Assembly (NCBI GenBank): GCA_951406725.2
Contig: OX597817.1
Coordinates: 150,536,001 to 150,600,000, forward strand
Length of the DNA stretch: 64,000 nucleotides
Direction of reading: 5' to 3'
From: Octopus vulgaris
Lineage: Eukaryota
Positions 13,628-25,646 of the stretch are shown here, one piece after another; position 1 is the stretch's first letter; each line of letters starts with the position of its first letter. The notes beneath the pieces were generated by a model. That model was not told the origin of the DNA. It made no database searches and was given only the letters and a program-made list of their open reading frames with translations. Made by a program: the position numbers and the translations under genes.

Positions 13628-14495
13628 TCAATTATAATTATATAGTTGGATAATTTTTGGTGTTTTAACAATCAATATGTTTTCTCTGTTGGATTCCAAG
13701 TCAATTTTTTTCACACACTGATGTTTAATTTGATCATTTTCAAGTTTCAAAAAAATTTGATCATTTTCAAGTTTCAAAAAAAAAAAAATGTCTAAAATGG
13801 GGTAAAATGAGTACTGACGAATTTAAATAATTTTTTCCCTTTAACTACATAGTGTGTAAGTATATCATGAAGTGGACACTCCAGCAGATTGTGAAGCTAT
13901 AGAGAATATTCTATTTTGAGTTCCTTTTTATTTAGTTGAGTTTCATTGGTTTCATACCATGTTCCCATTTTCCCCTGAGCCTCTTTCATTTGACCAAGAT
14001 ATTTAAAATTTCTTTTCTAGGAATGTATATTGTTCTGTATGAGTTTGTTTTTTGGAGAACTGTAGCCACAGATTTACCTTATCTTGTCTTACTCATTTTC
14101 CCGCAGCCAAATTTGTCTTTTATATGCTCAAAGAGAATGGCAAAATTTTCTGAAATAGTGATCAGATTATGCAATAATGTTTTAAAAGCATTTAGGGAAG
14201 GACATCTGTTTAGCTGATATAATAGTTTTTGTAAGGTAGTGAACATTTAAAAAATATATTTTCGCTCTCAAAGTCAAAAATGCAGTGAAAACATCTCATT
14301 TTGCACCCCCACCCCATATATTTGCTTACAAACCATGTAGTCCTGGGTTCAGTCTCACTATGCTACATGTTGGGCAAGTGTCTTCTACTATAACCCTGGA
14401 ATGACCAAAGCCTTTTGAGTGGATTTGGTTGACAGAAACTGAGAGAAGCCTGTCGTGTATACATATGTATAAAATATATATATATATATATATAA

Positions 14496-14890
14496 CTAGC
14501 AGTATCACCCGGCGTTGCTCGGGTTTGTAAGGGAAATAACTATATAACCATTTTTAGAGAGTTATAGCCAAAAAATAGCAAAAAAATGCATTAAAAATGG
14601 AAAAAAATTATGGTAAATTTTTTTTAAATCGTTGACTCATCGTAGACATTTTTAGAGAGTTACTTCCCTTCTATAATAGCGAAAAAATGCATTAAAATGG
14701 AAAAAGATTATGGTAAATTTTTTTTAAATCATAGACTCATCGTAGACGTGCACTAATACCCAGAAGGGCTCGATATGAATCACGACTATAAGATACCCGG
14801 TTTTGGTTAAACTGCACCGCAAAATGTGGGATTAGTTAGGAATCTAAATCGTAGGAGACAGACACACAACTTCACTTTTATATATAAAGA
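14496..14890 (-). mobile_element. Non-autonomous Helitron inserted in the (TA)n tract of a SINE
   Basis: The minus strand begins A|TCTTTATATATAAAAG and ends with the CCCGAGCAACGCCGGG hairpin ...CTAG|T. No TSD. Confidence 0.85.
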
Positions 14891-16716
14891 TGTATGTATC
14901 TCTGTATGTGTGTCTTTGTCTCACACAAACCAGTTTGGCAAAAAAGCTATCAGAATAAGTTCTGAGGCGATTTGCCTGACTGAATCCATGAAGGCAGTGC
15001 CTCAGCTTGACTGCAGTCCAATGACTGAAACCAGAAACATACACTTAAAGTGATAGAAATGTTGGATGCACCAGTGGGTGGCGTTCCTTTCTCTGTTCAC
15101 TAATGGTGAGGATGGAGATTTAAAGTGTCTAACCCTCTACTTCCCAGTCTTAGCTCTAAGGACCTTGCTCTAGTTCTTAACACCCATTTCTTGCAGAAAC
15201 TTCATTTACACTTGCCCACCTGCTGCATTCGGGGAGATAGAACATAGGTTGTAAAGAATTAAGGCCTGCAGACAGTAGCTTACCTCGGTAATGTTGATGT
15301 ACAGTAAAATATAATGAAATATTTGGCTATGGAATTGTACGAAACTATCTGATGGGTTAGTCTAGAGATGTTACTGTCTTCTTCTTCCAATCAGGACTCA
15401 TGCCATTAGCAACAAAGAATAATCTCTAATTCGAGCCCACTCTAAGCTACTAAGAATGCATGTGGCAACTTGAAGATCCACCCGCCACACGTAATAGACT
15501 GGCAGTTGCATGGGCGTGAAAGCTACGTTGTTATCCTCATTCCGTAAACGGTGGCTTTTAATGGGTGGAGAGCTAGACCATCCTGGGGTACAGAGGATTC
15601 GCAATCTAGACTAGGGTCTGAAAGTTTACCACACCATAGTGGGTTACACCATGGTTCCTCTGATTTGTGGAAGAGGTAGGAAGAAAGAATAAGAGAAAGT
15701 TGTAGTGAAAGGGTACAGTGGGGTTCACCACCATCCCTTGCTGGAGCCTCGTGGATCTTAGGTGTTTTTGTTCAATAAACACTCACAATGCCCGGACTGG
15801 GAATCGAAACCGCGTTCTTACGACCTTGAGTCCGCTGTCCTAACCACTGGGCCATTGCACCTCCACAGATATTACTGTTGGTGCAGGGTAAAAGTATTTC
15901 ACAGGGAAAGCCACGGAGTTCGTGAGTTTAGTCTGCCAAACGGTGTTGCTGCCATTCGGATAGGGGGATCCAAAAGTGGTGCTCCTTTAAAAAAGTGCCG
16001 CCCCTATTGCTGGTGCTTTCCATTGTAGTTATTTGAATTTCAAAATTTTCTTGACACTTGCACAAAAATTCCACAATAATTTCCGTCGCCGCCAGTGACG
16101 TCACTAGGGTTTGTCTGACTCACTGCAGTTGTTCATTATATCACATCCTATGTACCGCTTCAACTATCAGACGATACAGAATCCTTATCAATGCTTTTCT
16201 TTCTTTCTTTTTTTCTTTTTCTTTTTTTTTTATTATTAATGTTACTCGTAAATCATAATTCCAGTCGATTACATACTATAACAACAATAGTCGTGACATA
16301 GATAACGAATACAATTAAAACTTTTTCTTTGCAAGATTGTACGGATCTTTTGAAAAGATCCGATTGTACGCAGTCTATACATGTATTTACATCGTTTCAT
16401 GTAGATACGGTGAAAATTCGGTAAGAAAATAAAATTCGAAGTAAAAGCGTTTCAGAACCACTTAAATTACACTGACTTTTAATATTAAAATTTGTTTTGT
16501 TGTATGAAATCAATTGGCAGGCGTGTTTTATATTTTGTATAAAGACTTTCCCATTTAAAACTCATGCATTACTATTTCAAATGAATACAATAGAAAGTTA
16601 CTACTTTCGTAGCCTAAAGAATAATCTAAGGATCGAAATTATTCACCAGCTTTCTTTTAAAAATAATCACTTGTTCCAATTATCATCAATATTTGGTAGA
16701 TGGTATCTGCGAGGAA

Positions 16717-17020
16717 ACATACATACATACATGTATGTATGTATGTATGTATGTATGTATGTATGTATGTATGTATGTATGTATGTATGTATGTATGTAT
16801 GTATGTATGTATGTATGTATGTATGTATGTATGTATGTATGTATGTATGTATGTATGTATGTATGTATGTATGTATGTATGTATGTATGTATGTATGTAT
16901 GTATGTATGTATGTATGTATGTATGTATGTATGTATGTATGTATGTATGTATGTATGTATGTATGTATGTATGTATGTATGTATGTATGTATGTACGTAT
17001 GTACGTACGTACGTACGTAC
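16717..17020. repeat. (TATG)n microsatellite of about 65 units inside a decayed family A SINE
   Basis: Pure ATGT run preceded by a short inverted (ACAT)n and followed by (ACGT)n. Confidence 0.97.
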
Positions 17021-17404
17021 TGTTTTAGAATATGTATGTACGCACGCATGTGTGTGTGTGAGTGTTTATGTGTTTGCCCCCATTGCCGTTTGACAACCGG
17101 TATTAATTTGCTTACATTTCAGTAACTTAGTGGTCCGGCAAAAGAAACTGATTGAATAAGTACCAGCCTTTTAAAAAATAATTCATAGGCGCAGGGGTGG
17201 CTGTGTGGTAAGTAGCTTGCTTACCAATCACATGGTTCCGGGTTCAGTCCCATTACGTGACACCTCGGGCCGAAACTGAAAGAAGCCCGTCGTATATATG
17301 TATATATACGTATGTGTGTGCATATGTTTGTGTGTATGTTTGTTCCCCTGATGCTGGTGTGTTTACGTTCCCGTAACTTAACAAAAGAGACCGATAGAAT
17401 AAGT

Positions 17405-18977
17405 AATAATAATAATAATAATAATAATTGTGTACAGTGCTCAGGTGCACTACAACTCATCTAAAGTGTATATATAATCAGGTGTAGTTTCGGCGGATTT
17501 CGGAAAGCATGAGGGCCTTAAAGGATGCAGTGTCATGGCAGTCAACAACTGACGCAGGCAGTTTATTCCATGCTTCAGCAACTCTGAGCGTGAAAAAATG
17601 TTTCCGAAAGTCATGGGAGCTGTGTTGTTTTCTGACTTTGTAGGCATGTCCACGTGTGTTAGATACATGGAGATCAAAAAGGTGTTCAGTGTTGTTGTTG
17701 GTGAGGTGGTTGATAGCTTTGTGGGTGTTTACCAAGTCCGTCGCCAGACGCGATAGCTTCAGGGAATCCATGCTCAGGGAAACAAGGCGCTCAGAATATG
17801 GTAGGTGTCTGATGGAGGGTATGCGTTTGGTTGCACGTCTCTGGACAGATTCCAGGAGGTCAATGTTCTGAGCAAGATAGGGGTTCCAAACTGATGATGC
17901 GAATTCCAAGTGTGGTCGTACCATAGCTGTATACAGTTTTAAATAGATGGCTGGAGAGCGGCTAACAAAAGTCTTGCTGAGTGATGCCAAGACACCCTCG
18001 GCCTTCTTGACAATTTTAGAGATATGCTTTGTCCAACGCAAATCACTGCTGACAGTGATGCCTAGGTCACGCTCGCAAGAGGATTTCTTTATATCAGTGT
18101 TGTGGAGGGAGTATGTGGACGCAGGGTCTTTTCTCCCAAAATGCATGGTGGTACACTTGTCCACAGCCAGTTTCAGTTGCCAGTCTGTGATCCATTGCTG
18201 CATTGTGTCTAGGTCTGATTGCAGGAAAGAGTTGTAGACATCAGGATCTGTCCTCTTGATTTCAAGGTACAGCTTGATGTCATCTGCATATTTCAATACT
18301 GTGGCATTCTTTAAATTGGCATCTATGTCATTAATGTATGCCACAAACAAGAGGGGACCAAGGACAGATCCCTGTGGTACACCCAATGACATCTCATATG
18401 GTGTAGAGTGCTGTCCTAGAACTGTGACTACCTCCTTTCGGCTGAGGATGAAGGATTTCAACCAGTTAAAAAGGTCATCCCTCACACCCATTGCAGAGAG
18501 TTTCACCATAAGCCTTTTGTGTGGCACAGAGTTGAAAGCCTTAGCAAAGTCAAGGTAGACAACATCCACCCATGAGCCACTGTCAGTGATCTGAGTAATG
18601 TCCTCAAGGAACTCGACAAGCTGATCACTGCAGCTGGAGTTAGGGACAAATCCATATTGTGAGGGTCGGATGAGACTGTGAGAGCTCCAGAAGTTCCAGA
18701 GTGTTTCTCTGATACACGATTCCATCAGTTTTGCAATACAGCTAGTGAGACTGACTGGGCGATAGTTGACAGGTGATGTGCGGTCGCCCTTTTTGAACAG
18801 AGGAATGACACTGGCAGTTTTCCACTGCTCCGGAGTAGCACCATTGTTGAGACAGTACTGGAAGAAAATAGAAAGCTGGTGTAAAAGGAAGTACCTGCCA
18901 CGTTTGAGAAGCAGGTATGTAACTCCATCGAGACCAGGGGAGGCATAGTTGCGCTTATTTTGAAGGTGACGTCGCAG
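17405..18977 (-). mobile_element. Young 5'-truncated CR1-clade LINE inserted into a SINE
   Basis: Uninterrupted frame of about 500 codons (18977 to 17478) with SPGLDG, NYRPVSLTS, YLDFAKAF, GVPQGSVLGPLLF, YADD, ERDLG, RGH and WNKLP motifs. 3' stem-loop GTGCACCTGAGCAC and (ATT)n tail. The host SINE is split at AATAAGTA. Confidence 0.95.
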
Positions 18978-19189
18978 CTTACAAAGAAGTACTAGGCTTA
19001 CAAAGAATAAGTCCTAGGATCGATTTGCTCGACTAAAAGCGGTGCTCCAGTATGGCCGCAGTCAAACGACTGAAACAAGTAAAAGAGTAAAAGACAGAGT
19101 ATAGGATTGATGTGTTTGACTAAACCCACCAAGGTGGTAACCCAGTATGGTCGCATTCCAATGATTGAAACAAGTAAAAGATAAAGATG

Positions 19190-19442
19190 ATATTCTGTTG
19201 TGTCTGGGAGAGTCATTTTCTTTTTGTGCCTTATAATGTAACACACTCACCGATAAAATTTCCACTTATTTCTTATTTTCCTAAAATTTTCGTTTTAGAA
19301 AAATAAAAAGAAATAAGTGGAAATATTACCGGTGAGTGTGTTACATTATAAGGCACAAAAAGAAAATTACTCTCCCAGACACAACAGAATATGCTTCAAC
19401 ACACGAACTCATATAAAGAATCTTGCAAACCAAATCCAAAAG
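19190..19442. repeat. Fold-back (Penelope-type) element, copy 1
   Basis: Inverted arms of about 97 bp (19190-19286 and about 19293-19392), with one arm extended by about 50 bp. Confidence 0.85.
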
Positions 19443-19771
19443 CAAAAGATGATATATTTTAAATTAGATTAATTTAAAAACAAATGTTTGTATAAGAAAT
19501 AAATAATAAAATTATTAAATAATTCCAAAATAGATATTTATGCAAAATTTGAAGGTTCAATTTTTATAATATAAGTTTACTTTGAGGTAAATAAATTTCC
19601 CCGAGTTTTACATGTTGCATATGTATCTTTTACTTGCTTCAGTTATTGGATTGCGACCATCTTGAAAAAAGGAAATCTCATGAGGTGGACATAAATCTCT
19701 CTACACCGAATTATGCTATAATAACTGAGTGGAAGTCTTTTTTTGATTTTCCTTTAATTATTCATTTAGAA

Positions 19772-20118
19772 CAGGGATTCTCAACCATTTGTGATCTATG
19801 GACCCCTTTGATTATTATTTTATTCTGGGGAACCCCCATATCCATTCAATGTTTAAAAACTAGCCCTAAAGATACTTCTTTTGAAACTATTATTTTGTTT
19901 TTCATACATTAACTTGTGCAGGTTGAACTGTACAAAATGTTAGAGAAAGAAACCCAGCTGTTTCTTGCAATACATACCAATACACACATCTCAAGCAAAA
20001 TTCTTTCAGGGACCCTTAAAATACTATTGTGGATGCCCAATTTACTATTTTGTTGTGTGGAGCCCAAAAGTCTTATATCGCCCCTTTGGGGCCTATGGAT
20101 CCGCGTTGGGAACCACTG
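19772..20118. mobile_element. hAT-type MITE
   Basis: Imperfect TIRs CAGGGATTCTCAAC / GTTGGGAACCACTG and an 8-bp TSD ATTTAGAA / TTTTAGAA. Related copies lie at about 26943-27189 and about 54452-55000 (split by a SINE). Confidence 0.75.
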
Positions 20119-20769
20119 TTTTAGAATATAATTTATGAACAATGAACAAAAATAATAAAATTGAATCAAATAGGCATTTTTCTTCAATTATACAACTATT
20201 ACAAGAAATATTGGGTATTTCCTTAAAAAAAATTTCAAGGAAAGGCTGAGAACTGGAACAGCCAAGCATTCTTACAAACATCACTTAAGACGAAACGCTG
20301 GCAATTATAACAACTTTGTTGTTAGCAGCCGACACACTTATTCGCCATCGTCTTAAATGTCACAGATTGGGGTGAGGGGAAGAATCACCAGCAAATTGCA
20401 ATATTTCAGTGTCATTCCGTTCAGCTATGAACACAGTAGCCCCACCTCTGTCACAGAATTTTAAAATGCATGATAGAGTGAAAGAATTACTATGTGACGT
20501 CTTATGTACGTTTAGTCCAAGAGTAAACTCATTCAGCTGTTTCCCATCATTCTTGTACAATCCCACTGGTTAAAGGATATTTACTCTGTCAAGGGCCCGT
20601 TTATAATTAAATTTATCTCAGTGGGACTAACGAAGTGACCCGCATTCAGTCGACATGACAATCCACGATAACTTTCGGAATCGAGAGGTTTGTCACATCC
20701 ACACGTCACAAACCAGCTGCTCCTTTAAGAACGATGGCAACAGTGATGGCTAGTAGTAAATGTTCAGAG

Positions 20770-21945
20770 GCATTCTCTGTTGTCATACTGGAACTAGACA
20801 GGGCTGTGTTTTAGTTCCTGTACTTTTTCCCATATTATTTTCAATGATGCTCCAACATGCTTTCAGGGATTGCCATGAAGGTGTAAAATTCCAGTTTCGC
20901 TCAGGAGGAGGTCTACTAAGCCTGGAAGAGTATAGTTTCAGACCAAAGAAGAGATTTGTTGATGATTGCGCCCTGATTTCTCATACATTTAAGGGAATTC
21001 AGGAAACGATCGACAAGTTTACTACGGCAGCCTATGCATTTGGACTGACTATCAGCATCAAGAAGACTGAAGTTTTATTCCAACTAAAGCCTGGTGCAGA
21101 ACAGACTCACAGGACAACAAGCCACTCAAATGGGCCAGGTCATTTAAATATCTTGGAAGTATAGTAAACTTTAAGAGTACTCTTGATGACAAAATCAGCG
21201 TTTGAATATCTAAGGTTACAAGTGCTTTTGGAAAACTTTCCCATCGCTTGTGGGATGAATACAGTGTCAGTCTGAAAATTAATATAAGTATATACAAATC
21301 TTCTATTTTGGGCACACTTTTGTATGGGTCGGAAGTATGGACTCCTTACTACAGACATATAAAGAAACTGGAAATCTTTCACAAGTACTGTCTGTGCAAC
21401 ATAAAATGGCAGGATAAGATATCAAATGTTAAAATCTTAGAAAAACGCTGAAAATTCAGAGCAGATGGGTAGGGCATGTTCGAATGAAAGATGACCGTAT
21501 TCCAAAAATTCTTTTGTATGGCCAATAAGTAGTGGGATATCGCGATAAAGGAAGACCCGCCCTTAGGTATAAAGATAAGTTGAAGCAATCGCTAAAATCT
21601 GTACAGCTTAACTTGACATCTGGGGAATGTCATTGCCTAGATAGATCTGCATGGCATAAAATGTGTCATGATGCATCAAAACAATTACAGTTTAAGAAAA
21701 CGAACAATAAAAGAATTATATCCTGCCATCAACTGACACATTTGCCCAATCAAAATCATCAGTGTCCTCATTGTGACTTCATAACAAAATCCATCCTTGG
21801 ACTCAAATTACATTTATGCATCCATCGCAAATAGACATAACTTCTTTTGTTATTTCCTTTTTAAAAGTACCCCACCCCTTTTTTTTTCACTTTAAATCCT
21901 CTCTTTCAAACACTCATACGTCGAAATCGAAGGGAGCGACCATCA
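20770..21945 (+). mobile_element. Decayed RTE-clade LINE (RT plus C-terminal C2H2 finger)
   Basis: Frameshifted fragments include GTRQGCVL, FVDDCAL, GLTISIKKTEVL, LLYGSEVWT, GRPALRYKDKLKQSLK and CPHC...H...H. Confidence 0.88.
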
Positions 21946-24900
21946 TTCTAGACAAGTATTTCTCAACCACTTTTGTTCCACTCCGCACTTAGATTCCGCC
22001 CCTTCCATCTCAAAAGTACGTCCCATCATGACGGGAAAAGTTTATATTACAATTTTTATTCACTTGTTACTTACCTACGCCCATTTCCGGAGTCCCACGC
22101 CTCAGCAAAACAACACAACACCCCATCTTGAAAAACATTGGGTTAAAATACATAGAATATCTCTCTGCAAATGAAAGTCATCGAGTTAAAGTTCAAAGCT
22201 GAAGTTGTTATTCTACTTCTGTCAGTTCAATTTGACCCTGCCTAGCTTTATATTGTACCGCAAAGGCCTCTAAAAGTTATAAGTACCCACTAACAAATCT
22301 ATGCTCTTAATTCGAAACCCAATAACATAATTATAGGGAATTACGAAATAAAATTTATTACCAAACATCACAAAACATTGCCAATAGAAAATAAAATGTT
22401 TTTTTTTTTCAACAACATCATTATCAAATAATCTGAGGAGTCCGTAGAATTTATGGAATATTTCAAAGCTCGACAGTGGGCCCGCCACAATTTTCTATAC
22501 AGAATAGTTCCTTATAATGTCTAACATAATTCAGAATTCATTAATCCTTTACAATACAACTCTGAAATAACAGAATTGAAATTAAGGTTAAGTTGTTTAC
22601 GCTGTTATCAAGGTCAAAGTCAACTTCTTTGGGCCCTCAAAGGGTAGCATTGTGACAGACAAACTGTGTTTTTTAAATGGTAGTTCATATCTGATATGGT
22701 GACGGATAGAATAATATGTCTCTCATCAAGGTTCGCTCGATCTGGGTGAGTTTTTCATGGGGTTGAACATCGTAACAAGCATAAAAGGAAGCTACATAAA
22801 ACATTGGGAATCAACTCATTAAGCTTCGGAGTTTAAGAAGTAAGCTTGTTGCAAGTCGAAAATAGTTTTACTTACAATATAAACCAACACACAGTTGCGA
22901 GAATTAGCTTACAAGTACCATTTTCACTACTTTTCAGGGTTAAATGCAGGCAGGAGGCAGTGAGTTGGCAGAATCATTAGCACGCCGGAAAAATGCTTAG
23001 CGGCATTTTTTCCCGGCTTTACGTTCCGTGTTCAAATTTCTCCAGGGTTGACTTTGATATTCTTCCTTTCGGAGTCAATGAAATACGTATAGGTTAAGCA
23101 CTAGAGTCAATTTCCCCTCCCCTATAAATTACTGGCCTTGTGTCAAAATTTGAATCTTGGCAATTCACTACTTCGTAATTTTTAAAGTTTAAAAGTTATT
23201 ATTACTACAATAACATTTTCAATTATTAACAATTAGTAAATTATAACCGAACTACAAGTTATACACTGTTGTAAAAACTTGAACTAGGACTTCAGTTTGA
23301 GAATGATCTCTCTTCCTCCAGTTTTCCCTCCAGCCTTTCTGGCCCTGAAAGCGATTATCGGCATTACAGGATCACCTCTAACTAAGCCGTATGAATGACA
23401 ATTCTTAACAACACAGTCAACCTAGCCGTAAGTACCACAAGGTGGAATGGTTGGTTAATCGTTGTAAACTGCGGCATTGTAATAAGTCGTTTATATCTAC
23501 CCTAGTACTTGACTGGTATTTCCTTTTATCGATCACCGAAGGATGAAAGGCAAAATTGACCTCGTGAGGACTTGAAATTAGATCGTAAAGAGCCAGGACT
23601 AATATCACAAGATATATATTATATTATCCAGATGTGAGCCAGCGGTTTTTAACTACTTTTTAGACTTAGTGCTACATTGGATATGAAGTAAAACATCACT
23701 GGTGCACCTCGCATGGTCTTTCAAGACGCTTGTATATTAGTTTGGATTTTTGCAGTTGAAAGCATTTAATAGAATCAGATACATCTATACTACAGAACCA
23801 CATTAAAATACAAATCAAACCGAAAAAGACACAAACATGAGCGAAGAAAGAAAAAAGAAGTGGAAAAGAGAAAGAAAGAAAAGAAAGATATTTTCTATTG
23901 TAAATCATATTTTAAAAAACATGCATCTAAGGACAACCTTAGATTATATTTTTAAAAAGTCCTACGTACTCCTTGTGCAGGTAGCTCATACACTTTCGTA
24001 GAGTTTTTGGAATTAACATTGCGGATGTTACCCATACCAGAATGTAAGAGGCCGAAAATGTCATCGTGTTATTAACTACATATTAGACTTGATGCCGTGA
24101 TTAGAACATTATTTAGGAAGAGAATCAGGAGGACACTATAAAAAGCTACAATGATGTGGAGGGCATACGCACACTTAATACGAATGAATACTTATGCGAT
24201 ACTCCTGTCAAAACTTTAATAGAATGTAAGCATAATATTCCAGTGAAAGAGCATTTTTTCTAGACTAGAAATCCATTCTTTTCTCCACTGATGAGAAATT
24301 CGGAAAGAATAAAAAAAAAAGAAAAAACTCATACAGGAAAACACACACACATACCTTACATTAATAAATATTTGCTGATGCTATCCAATATGCTAGAAAC
24401 AGCAGCTATGTCCCCCGTTAAAATTATACATTTTATGGTGCGAAAGTATACGAACGCCTTGCGCCGTGGTGCACCATTCGAGAATCGCTGTAGTGTGATT
24501 ACAGGGAGATTTAGCTGCTATTGCTAGAAGATCGAACGATAGTGATGAGATTACATATTAAAAAAAAAAACTTTGTCACAAAGAACTTTAGCTTAACCCT
24601 TTTAACTTTAACGATATATATATATAAATACGCGCACGCATACACTATTTTTCACTGAAGTCCGAGGGTTTAGAATAAAAAAGAAGAGAAATTGAATATT
24701 ATTATATTAATGCTTTCCCGAGGGACCTAATAAATAAATACATTTTAGTTGGGAGCCAAAACCACGTCACCAACTCGCCAGTAATTTGTCACAGCATCAT
24801 TGTTTCAAATTCCCATTCTGCAATCAATTCGCTTCTCTAAAACCTAACCGTTTCTTTCCATTTATTTCCAGCTATGTCATTGTTGTCCACTTCCTTATTC

Positions 24901-25364
24901 CCACTCTTTCACAAGCATTAGACATGTTAGACGTAGCTATTTATTTAATATTATACAGTGAGTGCGTTAAACGTGATGCAAACTTCGCGCAATTCGAGTT
25001 TGCGAACCGGTTTCGATTTCCATTCCACGCAAATCCATTTTAGTTATATTCTTAAATCTCCTGTAAAAAGTTTAGCCATCAGAGTAATTTTTTCCCAATT
25101 TCTTGAGAGAAAGAGAGAGCAAGCGAGCGGATCCTTGTATAAGTTTTATATATACAAAATAGAATATAAATTAGTTGGCTTTCTGGGTTCAAATCACGCC
25201 GGGGGTACCAGAATTAGAAAGGTGAAAAAAAAAAAAAAAATTAGAATAGCATGTGATTTAAAAAAAATAAAAACAAAAGAATTGTTTCGTTAAAGAAGTA
25301 TTGAAATATAAAATGATTTTCATTAAAAAAGTTGGTATAAAACAATCTTGGTTAATATATTTTC

Positions 25365-25540
25365 TCCGATTGACAAATTCGATGGGCGGAATCTAATTAT
25401 CGATAACTCAGCATATTTACCTTATTTCGCCGAAGAGCTCCTCCTCTTTGTTGGGCCGGTTCTAGCATTAACTGTAAGGTCTAATTAATTGATATTTTCG
25501 TGTTTATAACCTTTAACCTTAGCTTTCTTTAAATTTCGTT
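25365..25540 (+). promoter_or_regulatory. Putative PYCR promoter / 5' UTR
   Basis: CpG-retaining stretch just upstream of the ATG, with a GC box GGGCGG (25384-25389) and a DRE-like palindrome TATCGATA (25398-25405). Confidence 0.5.
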
Positions 25541-25646
25541 ATGTCGAATAGACGAAAGCGATGCGACATCCCAGCCAATATCATGGTTGGTTTTCTCGGT
25601 GCTGGTCGCATGGCACAGGCCATGGCGAGAGGACTTATTACTGGAG
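25541..25646 (+). CDS. PYCR: Pyrroline-5-carboxylate reductase coding exon 1
   Basis: Encodes MSNRRKRCDIPANIMVGFLGAGRMAQAMARGLITG, with the Rossmann GxGxxA motif of P5CR. Donor G|gtaggt, phase 1. A second in-frame ATG lies at 25583. Confidence 0.93.

Noticed and set aside
13729-13788. Short tandem duplications (also about 7688-7732 and 51953-51989)
   Set aside because: These are ordinary two-copy slippage duplications of 18-30 bp.
15040-15660. GC-richer block resembling a LINE 5' region
   Set aside because: No diagnostic motif is recoverable by eye, so it is left unannotated.
16497-17125. ORFs of 111-198 aa with (MYVC)n or (HTYI)n
   Set aside because: These are translations of the (TATG)n microsatellite.
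24274-24310. CTGATGAGAAATTCGGAAAGAAT hammerhead-like string
   Set aside because: There is no credible stem I, and stem II is only 3 bp with a 1-nt loop. Probably chance.
22590-25300. Possible extra gene between MCM3 and PYCR (GTGAGT donor at about 22746; minus-strand ORF 23696-23908)
   Set aside because: I found no recognisable protein similarity and no consistent chain of exons.
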